Shown here: piece after piece, positions 55,012 through 64,000 of the stretch | Position numbering within the stretch: position 1 is the stretch's first letter | How the letters are laid out: each line of letters opens with the position of its first letter | Notes under the pieces: model-generated | Told to the model about the DNA's origin: nothing | Database searches by the model: none | Seen by the model: the letters and a program-made list of their open reading frames with translations, nothing else | Position numbers and translations under genes: made by a program | Source: Microbacterium sp. | GTDB lineage: Bacteria; Actinomycetota; Actinomycetes; Actinomycetales; Microbacteriaceae | Assembly: GCF_047602155.1 (NCBI RefSeq) | Contig: NZ_JASGHZ010000001.1 | Location: forward strand, 1,204,961-1,268,960 | Direction of reading: 5' to 3' | DNA length: 64,000 bases

Positions 55012-55718
55012 CCGTGAGCACGCTGCTGATCGAACTCGCCGGACCGCAGCAGGCCTGGGGTTCGCGCAGCCGCTTCGCGACTCGCGCCACCGAGCTCGCT
55101 CCGACACGCAGTGGCGTGATCGGCCTGGTCGCGGCGGCTCTGGGGCTCGCTCGCACCGAGCCGCTGGACCGGTTCGACAAGCTGGAGTTCGGAGTGCGCA
55201 TCGATCAGCCCGGGCGAATCGAGCGAGACTTCCAGACTGCGCGGACCCTAGATGGCAAGACCTCGATGCCCCTGTCCCAGCGTTTCTATCTCGCTGACGC
55301 CGTGTTCCTTGCAGCGTTGGGGACTGAAGACCGCGCGATGCTGGAGAGCCTGCGGCAGGCGTTGACCCACCCTCGGTTTCCGCTGTATTTGGGGCGTCGA
55401 GCCTTTCCACCGGCGCGACCGCTCATGCCCGAGATCGTGGATCGTCCTTTGCGGGAGGCTCTCCGGGAAGCGGCGTGGCGGGCGTCGCCCTGGTACCAAC
55501 GCGTGCGAAGTGTCGAGCAGCCCGCCTTAGAGATCCTGGCCGACGCGCTACCCGGAGAGACGGGAGCCTTCACGCTGCGCGACGTGCCGCGCAGCTTCGA
55601 TCCGCGAAGGCGACTTCATGACCTACGAGGCGTCGCCGCTCTGTCGACTGCGGGCGACACCTCCACACACGTCTCACCGCATGACCCCATGCTGCTTGTC
55701 AGCGAAGAGGAAGTCTGA
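55008..55718 (+). CDS. cas5: Type I-E Cas5e (CasD)
   Basis: The GTG at 55008 overlaps the cas7 stop (an alternative GTG lies at 55014). It lies within track ORF 54888..55718 and reads STLLIELAGPQQAWGSRSRFATRATELAPTRSGVIGLVAAALG. Confidence 0.85.
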   Translation: MTVSTLLIELAGPQQAWGSRSRFATRATELAPTRSGVIGLVAAALGLARTEPLDRFDKLEFGVRIDQPGRIERDFQTARTLDGKTSMPLSQRFYLADAVFLAALGTEDRAMLESLRQALTHPRFPLYLGRRAFPPARPLMPEIVDRPLREALREAAWRASPWYQRVRSVEQPALEILADALPGETGAFTLRDVPRSFDPRRRLHDLRGVAALSTAGDTSTHVSPHDPMLLVSEEEV

Positions 55719-56401
55719 TGTACCTGTCCCGTATCCAGCTGAACCCCGCGCGCCGTGACGCTCAGCAGCTTCTTGCTTCGCCACACGCGCTGCATGCGGC
55801 TGTGCAGGCGGCCTTTCCCGACCCGGCTCCGCGGCCGGAGGGCCGGGTTCTTTGGCGCCTTGACGTTGCGCAACACGCGACCCACGTCTACATCGTGAGC
55901 CCGACCCGGCCGGACTCTACGCATATCGCTGAGCAGGCTGGGTGGCCTTCGCTTGACGACACCCAGTTGGTGCGACCGTATTCGCCGTTGCTGAGCCGCA
56001 TAGAGAAGGGCCAGCGTTACGCATTCCGGCTGACTGCCAATCCCACCCACACAACCCGTTCGGTCGAGGGCGAGCGCGGCAAGGTGTTTGGGCATGTGAC
56101 GGTGGCGCAACAAGAGCGATGGTTGCTCGACCGTCAAGAGCATGCGGGATTTCTCGTCGATATGCTTGCTGCACCCCACGCGGAGCGGAGTGAGGAGACT
56201 GAGGTAGCGCGCGCGCTCGTCATCAAGGATCGGCGTACCTTGTCGTTCTCCCGCCGTGAGACGCGGGTCACGCTGCGGATTGCCACCTACGAAGGCTCTT
56301 TGCAGGTCATCGACCGTGACGCCTTCGTCTCGGCACTCTGCCATGGCATCGGTCGGGCAAAAGGGTACGGCTGCGGGCTCATGACCATCGCCCCGGCGTG
56401 A
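55718..56401 (+). CDS. cas6e: Type I-E crRNA endoribonuclease Cas6e (Cse3/CasE)
   Basis: Track ORF of 227 aa: MYLSRIQLNPARRDAQQLLASPHALHAAV...GIGRAKGYGCGLMTIAP. Confidence 0.9.
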   Translation: MYLSRIQLNPARRDAQQLLASPHALHAAVQAAFPDPAPRPEGRVLWRLDVAQHATHVYIVSPTRPDSTHIAEQAGWPSLDDTQLVRPYSPLLSRIEKGQRYAFRLTANPTHTTRSVEGERGKVFGHVTVAQQERWLLDRQEHAGFLVDMLAAPHAERSEETEVARALVIKDRRTLSFSRRETRVTLRIATYEGSLQVIDRDAFVSALCHGIGRAKGYGCGLMTIAPA

Positions 56402-56414
56402 TAAGGCCGCCAAA

Positions 56415-57365
56415 ATGACGATTCCCGGTGCTCGCCCGCCCGATCTGCCGGATCTTGTCCGCGCTCAGGATCGAATGACGTTCATTTATCTCGAGAAGTG
56501 CCAGCTCCACCGTGACGCGAATGCGATTACGGCGACAGACGAGCGAGGGGTGATGCACATCCCCGCGGCAGCTCTCGGCGCCCTGCTACTTGGGCCCGGT
56601 ACCACCGTGACACAACAGGCGATGGTGCTCATGGCAGAGAGCGGATCGACCGTGGTCTGGGTGGGTGAGGAAGGTGTGCGCTATTACGCGCACGGGCGTT
56701 CTCTCGCACACAGCTCGCGTCTCTTGGAGGCGCAGGCGCAGCTGATGACAAATCAGAGCAGCCGTCTCCGTGTCGCTCGGGAGATGTACGCCATGCGATT
56801 CCCCGGCGAGGATACTTCTGGCCTGACGATGCAGCAGCTACGGGGTCGCGAGGGCGCACGCATCCGACGCGCGTACCGCGAGCATTCACGTCGCACGGGC
56901 GTCCCGTGGGCAGGGCGCGACTACGAGGTCGAGGATTTCGCAGCGAGCGACCCGGTCAATCAAGCGCTCTCTGCGGCGAACACGAGTCTCTACGGAGTCG
57001 TGCACTCGGTCATTGTCGCGTTGGGATGTTCGCCGGGCCTCGGGTTCGTACACACGGGCCACGTGCGGTCATTCGTCTACGACATCGCCGACCTATACAA
57101 GGCTGAACTGACTATTCCGTTGGCCTTCGATCTCGCCGCTGAGGCGCCGTTCGACATCGGGGCGGCCGCGCGCCGTGCCCTGCGTGATCGGTTCCATGGC
57201 GGAGCGTTGCGTGAGCGGTGTGTTCGGGACATTCGCCAGCTGCTCATCCCTGACGATTCGGAGCAAGATGCTGACATCGGCCTGGCTGAGAACGTCGTGT
57301 ACCTCTGGGACGGTTCGCGGCGGGCCGTCGCCGGCGGTACCAGCTATGACGAGATACCGTTCTGA
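56415..57365 (+). CDS. cas1: Type I-E integrase Cas1e
   Basis: Track ORF of 316 aa. Its position and the conserved segments (RMTFIYLEKCQLHRDANAI, GLGFVHTGHVRSFVYDIADLYK) support the call. Confidence 0.9.
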   Translation: MTIPGARPPDLPDLVRAQDRMTFIYLEKCQLHRDANAITATDERGVMHIPAAALGALLLGPGTTVTQQAMVLMAESGSTVVWVGEEGVRYYAHGRSLAHSSRLLEAQAQLMTNQSSRLRVAREMYAMRFPGEDTSGLTMQQLRGREGARIRRAYREHSRRTGVPWAGRDYEVEDFAASDPVNQALSAANTSLYGVVHSVIVALGCSPGLGFVHTGHVRSFVYDIADLYKAELTIPLAFDLAAEAPFDIGAAARRALRDRFHGGALRERCVRDIRQLLIPDDSEQDADIGLAENVVYLWDGSRRAVAGGTSYDEIPF

Positions 57366-57730
57366 TGGTGGTGATCGTGCTTTCGGCGTGTCCCCCCGGA
57401 TTGCGTGGGTATCTGACCCGTTGGCTGCTGGAGATATCCGCGGGAGTATTCGTGGGCGCCGTATCCAAGCGCGTGCGCGAACTCCTGTGGAAACGCATCG
57501 TAGAGATGGTGCGCACGGGTCGAGCAATCATGGTGTTTCCCGCTCGGAATGAACAACGCCTTGAGTTCCTTGTGCACGGCCACCACTGGGAACCCGTGGA
57601 TGTTGACGGGATCATGCTCATGCTGCGACCTGCAGCGGAACAGCGTGGTCGAGAGTCGGAGACAGCTGGGATGGCCGACACCAGTCGACGAACAGGATGG
57701 AGCAAGGCAGCGCGTCGCCGGAGTCGATGA
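57365..57730 (+). CDS. cas2: Type I-E Cas2e
   Basis: Track ORF of 121 aa: MVVIVLSACPPGLRGYLTRWLLEISAGVFVGAVSKRVRELLW. It overlaps the cas1 stop. Confidence 0.9.
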   Translation: MVVIVLSACPPGLRGYLTRWLLEISAGVFVGAVSKRVRELLWKRIVEMVRTGRAIMVFPARNEQRLEFLVHGHHWEPVDVDGIMLMLRPAAEQRGRESETAGMADTSRRTGWSKAARRRSR

Positions 57731-57769
57731 CCTCTGAACATTGGACGCGCAGGTTGGGAACTCATTGAT

Positions 57770-57977
57770 GGTTTATCCCCGGGACCGGGGACCACTCTGG
57801 CTCTCAGTCGCCGTGGATTCCGACGGTCGAGTCATCCCCGCGGCGCGGGGAGGAGATCGCGGGGATCGTGCTGATGTTCATCGCCGCAGGATCATCTCCG
57901 CGCAAGCAAGGAGAACCGGTCGGGACGCTTGGGGAGTGTCTTGCGGAACGGATCACCCCCGTGGTGGCGGGGAGCTC
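57770..57977 (-). CRISPR. Four decayed repeats (trailer-end remnant of the array)
   Basis: The four repeats are ggtttatccccgggaccggggaccac (57770), gagtcatccccgcggcgcggggaggag (57829), ggatcatctccgcgcaagcaaggagaac (57889) and ggatcacccccgtggtggcggggagctc (57950). Their spacings are 59, 60 and 61 bp. Confidence 0.75.
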
Positions 57978-58004
57978 ATCGGAGATTTCGCTCAATCGCG
58001 ACAC

Positions 58005-59130
58005 TAGTGTCGCGTGTCGTTAGTTCCTAAAGGGTTGGATGGTTGGGAGAATTGGCTATGGCGAATTCTCCGGCTCCTGCGCTGCGGCTGTTCGATGGCG
58101 ACGAGTCCATGCTGCGTGGCTGGCTCCGGTCGACAACGGTGCGTGCGGGTGATGCGAAGCGGGCGCGGATCGTGTTGCTGGCCTCGGAGGGAGTCGCGAA
58201 TACGCGGATCGCTGAGCTCACGGATGCGTCGGTCGTGACGGTGTTGAAGTGGCGGGCCCGGTACGAAGAGCTCGGGATCGCGGGTTTGGGCGACGCGGAT
58301 CGGTCCGGAAGACCACGTCATCTGGACCACGCGGACATCGTCGCTGCGACGTTGACCTCGCCGCCGAAGAAGTACGGGGTAACGCACTGGTCATCCCGGC
58401 TGCTGGCCAGGCATCTGAAAATCGGGAACGCAACGGTTGCCAGGGCGTGGCGAGAGTACGGGGTGCAGCCGTGGAAGTCGGAGACGTTCAAGTTCTCCAC
58501 CGATCCGGAACTGGTCGGCAAAGTCACGGACGTCGTCGGTCTGTACCTCGCACCGCCGGAGAACGCGATCGTGCTGTGCGTGGACGAGAAGAGCCAGATC
58601 CAGGCGCTGGATCGCACCGCGCCGATGCTGCCGATGCGCATCGGGGACGCTGAGAAGCGCACCCATGACTACAAACGGCACGGCACGACGACACTGTTCG
58701 CCGCGCTGGAGATCGCGACCGGGCACGTCACCGGAGCGGTCAAGCCGAAGCACCGCCGGCAGGAGTTCCTGGCGTTCCTGCGGCAAATCGACCGCGCCTA
58801 CCCCGACGTCGAACTGCACCTCGTGATGGACAACTACGCCACCCACAAGACCCCGGAAGTGAAGGCCTGGCTCGAGCAACGCCCCCGCTTCCACGTCCAT
58901 TTCACACCGACATCAGGATCCTGGCTGAATCTCGTCGAAGTCTGGTTCGGAATCATCGACAAGCAGGCCATCCGCCGCGGAATCTTCACCAGCGTGAACG
59001 ACCTCAACGCGAAGATCAGACAATTCATCACTGGCTGGAACGACCGGAAGCATCCTTTCGTCTGGACCAAGACCCCGGAACAGATCCTCGCGAAAGCCAA
59101 CCGTCAACCAACTTCAGAAACGCGACACTA
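58005..59130 (+). mobile_element. IS630-family insertion sequence with TA target duplication in a CTAG target
   Basis: The flanks read caC-TA-[gtgtcgcgtgtcg ... cgcgacac]-TA-G. The terminal inverted repeats are GTGTCGCGT (58007-) and ACGCGACAC (-59128). There is a single DDE transposase ORF. Confidence 0.85.
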
Positions 59131-59131
59131 G
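58058..59131 (+). CDS. IS630-family DDE transposase
   Basis: Track ORF 58043..59131. The ATG at 58058 is more likely than the TTG at 58043. It has an N-terminal HTH (ANTRIAELTDASVVTVLKWRARYEE) and a DDE region (VLCVDEKSQIQAL...HLVMDNYATHKT...GSWLNLVEVWF). The stop TAG is completed by the target-site TA plus G. Confidence 0.85.
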   Translation: MANSPAPALRLFDGDESMLRGWLRSTTVRAGDAKRARIVLLASEGVANTRIAELTDASVVTVLKWRARYEELGIAGLGDADRSGRPRHLDHADIVAATLTSPPKKYGVTHWSSRLLARHLKIGNATVARAWREYGVQPWKSETFKFSTDPELVGKVTDVVGLYLAPPENAIVLCVDEKSQIQALDRTAPMLPMRIGDAEKRTHDYKRHGTTTLFAALEIATGHVTGAVKPKHRRQEFLAFLRQIDRAYPDVELHLVMDNYATHKTPEVKAWLEQRPRFHVHFTPTSGSWLNLVEVWFGIIDKQAIRRGIFTSVNDLNAKIRQFITGWNDRKHPFVWTKTPEQILAKANRQPTSETRH

Positions 59132-59173
59132 ATGAGTGAGTCCGTTTGGCTTGTTTGGCTTTGATTTCGCGTG

Positions 59174-62100
59174 GGCGCTGTTAACGGGAGGCGGCGAGCA
59201 CCTCATGCTCCGCGTGTACAACCCGGCAACCGTGGGATCATCCCCGCGCACGCGGGGAGCACCTGACGGCGACACCGCCGAGGACGAGGAACGGGGGATC
59301 ATCCCCGCGGACGCGGGGAGCACGCTCCTGCGCCGCGTTCCCCGTCCCGCTACTGGGGATCATCCCCGCGGACGCGGGGAGCACATCGGCCCCTTGCCGC
59401 CGGTCGCTTTGCCGGCCGGATCATCCCCGCGGACGCGGGGAGCACCTTGTTCGAGAGTGAGACAGCTCAAGAACGAAGGGATCATCCCCGCGGACGCGGG
59501 GAGCACTGCCGAGCACGGCGACGACACCGAGGCGATCAGGGATCATCCCCGCGGACGCGGGGAGCACGTGGGGAGGGTGAGGCTGGTCATGGTGTGGTCC
59601 GGATCATCTCCGCGGACGCGGGGAGCACGGCGCTGACAAGCTCCGCGAGGCCCGCGACGACGGATCATCCCCGCGGACGCGGGGAGCACGGTGGCGCCGA
59701 CAACGCCGTCCGCCTCTACCCGGGATCATCCCCGCGGACGCGGGGAGCACTCCGACACCGACCTCGACCGGTACGCGGGAGGGGGATCATCCTCGCGGAC
59801 GCGGGGAGCACTTCGAGGCGGTCACCCGGGGGAAGGACGCGCCGGGATCATCCCCGCGGACGCGGGGAGCACAGCCAGACTGCGCGCAACGTCGCGGAGT
59901 CCTCGGGATCATCCCCGCGGACGCGGGGAGCACACGCTCGACGTCACCGACGACGCCCCGGTTGCGGGATCATCCCCGCGGACGCGGGGAGCACGATGCC
60001 GGTAAACCGGACGCCGGAATTCCGTCAACGGTGGAGGGCGAGGGATCATCCCCGCGGACGCGGGGAGCACCGGAGCGTGTTCCTGGCCGAGTACGGCGGT
60101 TGGGGATCATCCCCGCGGACGCGGGGAGCACGGCGACCAGCTCACGCCGCTCTGCACGGTGGCGGGATCATCCCCGCGGATGCGGGGAGCACTCACAGTC
60201 CGACCACAGCCAACCAACCGGCGGGGGATCATCCCCGCGGGCGCGGGGAGCACGAAGTCGCCCATGTCGTCTTCCTCTTCCTCCGGGGATTATCCCCGCG
60301 GACGCGGGGAGCACACCGCCTTCGGGATCGTCGCCACATCCGTGGACGGATCATCCCCGCGGACGCGGGGAGCACAGGACTCCGATCCGGTCGACGAGGC
60401 CGCGCACGGGATCATCCCCGCGGACGCGGGGAGCACGTCGATGACGGACTGGGTGCCACACCGTACCTGGGATCATCCCCGCGGACGCGGGGAGCACGTG
60501 CCGGGCAACGGCGCCGAGGACGTGGCCGTGGGATCATCCCCGCGGACGCGGGGAGCACACCGGTTGCGGCGTCTTTCTGGGTGATCTGCCAGGATCATCC
60601 CCGCGGACGCGGGGAGCACGACGATCTCGCCGAGTCCGACATGTGGGATCGGGGATCATCCCCGCGGATGCGGGGAGCACGCATGATGCCGGCCTGGTGC
60701 TGCGGGATGGTCGGGATCATCCCCGCGGACGCGGGGAGCACGGGTGCCAGGTGCCGGGTAGCGGCCTGGAGGTCGGATCATCCCCGCGGACGCGGGGAGC
60801 ACCTCCCATCGAGGCCCGCCTATCCCTGGACGACGGGATCATCCCCGCGGACGCGGGGAGCACCTTCGACCCCATTCGATGGAGGTCACTTGCCCGGGAT
60901 CATCCCCGCGGACGCGGGGAGCACTCGAATGGGATCGGGTCGGTGATGAGCTCGACCGGATCATCCCCGCGGACGCGGGGAGCACGAGTTCTTCTACCCC
61001 GTACCCGGTGCCGAGCACGGATCATCCCCGCGGACGCGGGGAGCACAGCACTATCAGAGGCCCGCCTGCGTGCTGACTGGGATCATCCCCGCGGACGCGG
61101 GGAGCACATCGGTGGCGCGGGCATGAACCTCGTGGGCGGGGGATCATCCCCGCGGACGCGGGGAGCACCCCGCACCCGCCGCCGCCACCTTCGATCTGCT
61201 GGGATCATCCCCGCGGACGCGGGGAGCACCGCCGACCAGGCGAACCGGGACCGGGCCGGAAGGGATCATCCCCGCGGACGCGGGGAGCACGGGGTGGCGG
61301 CGGGCGATGTGATCGTGGTGACGGGATCATCCCCGCGGACGCGGGGAGCACCAACGAGAACCCCGTCAGGAACACTTGACGGGGGGATCATCCCCGCGGA
61401 CGCGGGGAGCACGAGGTAGGCGCCGGGCCAAGTGCGCTCGGCGGGGGATCATCCCCGCGGACGCGGGGAGCACACCATTGCGCCCTGGTGGACGAACAGC
61501 CACCACGGATCATCCCCGCGGACGCGGGGAGCACGTGTCGGTCTTCGTCCACTCCTGCACGAAGAACGGATCATCCCCGCGGACGCGGGGAGCACCGCCG
61601 GCACAGCCGGGCAGACCGCGATGTGCCAGGGATCATCCCCGCGGACGCGGGGAGCACGACGATGTCCTGCCGATCGGGGTCACGGTGACGGGATCATCCC
61701 CGCGGACGCGGGGAGCACTCGTACGAGTGGACCCCGATTGCGGGGTTGCCGGGATCATCCCCGCGGACGCGGGGAGCACACCCGTCCGGTGACGCGTTCC
61801 TGGCAGTTCAGGGGATCATCCCCGCGGACGCGGGGAGCACTCGGTGGGTGTGAACACCGCCCCCGAGACAAGGGGATCATCCCCGCGGACGCGGGGAGCA
61901 CTCGATCTGCCGATACTCGTAGTCGGCGGGCACGGGATCATCCCCGCGGACGCGGGGAGCACGTCGTGTCGCACCGTGCACAATGGGCGGTGACCGGGAT
62001 CATCCCCGCGGACGCGGGGAGCACGACGGCGTCGACGAGCACGCGTCCCTTTCGTCGGGATCATCCCCGCGGACGCGGGGAGCACCAATGGGTGGCGGCT

Positions 62101-64000
62101 TCGGTTGAACGCGGAGGGGGATCATCCCCGCGGACGCGGGGAGCACCCAAATTGGCGAATTGATCGCGGCGTGTCGCAAGGGATCATCCCCGCGGACGCG
62201 GGGAGCACGTGAAGGGGACGGCGAGTAACCCGCTCATCTTCGGATCATCCCCGCGGACGCGGGGAGCACGCGATGACGGGTACGCGATCACGGCGACCGA
62301 TCGGATCATCCCCGCGGACGCGGGGAGCACCGCCGCGTTCAATCTTCCCCGTTGCGCATTCTGGGATCATCCCCGCGGACGCGGGGAGCACGCTGAGGAA
62401 CCGGGTGGGTCGGGATCACTTGGGGGATCATCCCCGCGGACGCGGGGAGCACGAACGGCAAGTAGGCCCGGTCATGGATGCAGCGGGATCATCCCCGCGG
62501 ACGCGGGGAGCACGCGACGTCGCCGGCACCGCCCGGGGAAGTCCAGGGATCATCCCCGCGGACGCGGGGAGCACGGGCGCGGCCGTCTCCGCGAAGCTCC
62601 AGAAAGTGGGATCATCCCCGCGGACGCGGGGAGCACTGCAACTGCGAGTGCCATCTGGAGCAGAAGGCGGGATCATCCCCGCGGACGCGGGGAGCACTAT
62701 TCGGCTGAATGCAAGGACATGCCCTTGCAGGGATCATCCCCGCGGACGCGGGGAGCACTACTGGCTGCCCCGGTCAAGCACACGAAACACGGGATCATCC
62801 CCGCGGACGCGGGGAGCACGCCACCAGCAAGTCACGAAGCTTCCAGAGCTGGGGATCATCCCCGCGGACGCGGGGAGCACTCGTTCTGGCGGGACCGGGC
62901 AGCCGCAAGGGTGGGATCATCCCCGCGGACGCGGGGAGCACGGGTCGCCGATGGCGTTGCTGATGCTGCCCAGCAGCGTCTCGACGGGATCATCCCCGCG
63001 GACGCGGGGAGCACCCCTGATGAACGTACAGCCACCACTTCGTCCAGGGATCATCCCCGCGGACGCGGGGAGCACACCGGCGAGTGGAGCTGGCCCCCGC
63101 CGCAGGAGGGATCATCCCCGCGGACGCGGGGAGCACGTGGCGTTGTCGCAGACGTACTGGATCGTGGCGGGATCATCCCCGCGGACGCGGGGAGCACCCG
63201 GTCGAGCACCGCGATGTCAACGGAATGCCAGGATCATCCCCGCGGACGCGGGGAGCACACTCCTAGGGAGGAAGAGGAAGACATGAGAAAGGGATCATCC
63301 CCGCGGACGCGGGGAGCACGGCGTGATGAAGCGCGAGGGCGGGCCTGCCCGGGGATCATCCCCGCGGACGCGGGGAGCACATAAAGTCGCTGCCGGTGCT
63401 CTGCACAGGGGAGGGATCATCCCCGCGGACGCGGGGAGCACGCTGACCGCAGAGCCGTTGCTCGAGCTCGTCGGGGATCATCCCCGCGGACGCGGGGAGC
63501 ACACCGGGGCCACGTGGGAGACGAGGGTCGGGCGGGGATCATCCCCGCGGACGCGGGGAGCACCCCCTGCTCTATCGGGTCAGGAACCGGATGATCGGAT
63601 CATCCCCGCGGACGCGGGGAGCACTCGTCGATCATGGGGATCAGAGCACCCCACGTGGGATCATCCCCGCGGACGCGGGGAGCACGGTACCGCGTGGGTC
63701 GGGCACCGCCTCACGACGGGATCATCCCCGCGGACGCGGGGAGCACTCGACGGACGACTTCCCCGAGAAGTGGCAGCTGGGATCATCCCCGCGGACGCGG
63801 GGAGCACTCTGCCTCTGGTGCCCTGGAGGGGCTCTCGGAGGGATCATCCCCGCGGACGCGGGGAGCACAGTGTCGAGGGCATTCAGTATGCAGGCGAGCT
63901 GGGATCATCCCCGCGGACGCGGGGAGCACGCGCGTGTCGACGTTCGCCACGTCGGCGAGGGTGGGATCATCCCCGCGGACGCGGGGAGCACACCGGGGCC
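59174..64000 (-). CRISPR. Type I-E CRISPR array: one decayed plus 78 consensus-like 28-bp repeats, continuing past the right edge
   Basis: The plus-strand repeat is GGATCATCCCCGCGGACGCGGGGAGCAC, whose reverse complement GTGCTCCCCGCGTCCGCGGGGATGATCC is the canonical I-E sense orientation. I located every repeat by hand: the first consensus-like repeat is at 59235-59262 and the last at 63964-63991. The period is 61 bp (33-nt spacers), with a few 62-bp intervals and two long spacers. All variant repeats lie among the 24 left-most. Confidence 0.95.

Noticed and set aside
59131-59234. A slightly AT-richer stretch right of the IS (gtttggcttgtttggctttgatttcg) as a possible array leader.
   Set aside because: The repeat sense orientation and the gradient of repeat decay place the leader at the far (right) end. 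The stretch also contains a decayed repeat in 61-bp phase with the array.
59446-59478. An 11-nt identity (ttgttcgagag) between the array spacer after repeat 4 and the psi-spacer at 51341-51351.
   Set aside because: It is short and was spotted post hoc. The array spacer is on the opposite transcriptional sense, so the crRNA would not share the sequence. I treat it as probable coincidence unless a search shows otherwise.
59136-63384. Track ORFs across the array, with repeated DHPRGRGEH, SSPRTRGA and IIPADAGST segments.
   Set aside because: They are translations of the CRISPR repeat in three frames, not proteins.

Overview
This is a high-GC actinobacterial chromosome segment. By gene content and repeat style it looks Microbacteriaceae-like, but that is inference only.

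The left 47.6 kb is mostly core and accessory metabolism:
- the conserved pstP-fhaB-fhaA cluster next to tRNA-Leu
- cspA and nucS
- a translationally coupled 7-cistron Mrp cation/H+ antiporter operon
- a penicillin-acylase-family gene, argG, a P450, purA and chorismate mutase
- a YtrA-type ABC module
- a GH38 alpha-mannosidase / sugar-ABC / ROK cassette bracketed by two near-identical 96-bp direct repeats
- an HTH-NB-ARC-TPR STAND protein divergent from a Lon-like (S16) putative lipoprotein
- two tandem paralogous membrane proteins and purL

From 47.8 kb to the right edge lies a complete type I-E CRISPR-Cas locus (cas3, cas8e, cse2, cas7, cas5, cas6e, cas1, cas2) with visibly lower GC. It contains:
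- an antisense toxin-antitoxin-like gene pair between cas3 and cas8e
- a degenerate two-repeat mini-CRISPR on the cas strand, whose pseudo-spacer matches a site beside the putative cas8e promoter. The only seed mismatches fall at positions 12 and 18. This is CreR/CreA-like and is the top finding.
- a decayed repeat tract after cas2
- an IS630-family insertion
- an array of at least 78 repeats, encoded on the strand opposite the cas genes, that runs off the window

Intergenic regions carry several families of long hairpin or palindromic repeats. The heptamer GGCATCC/GGATGCC is strikingly frequent in the core part and rare in the cas island.

Many long ORFs in the track are alternate-frame artefacts of the GC content and were not called.
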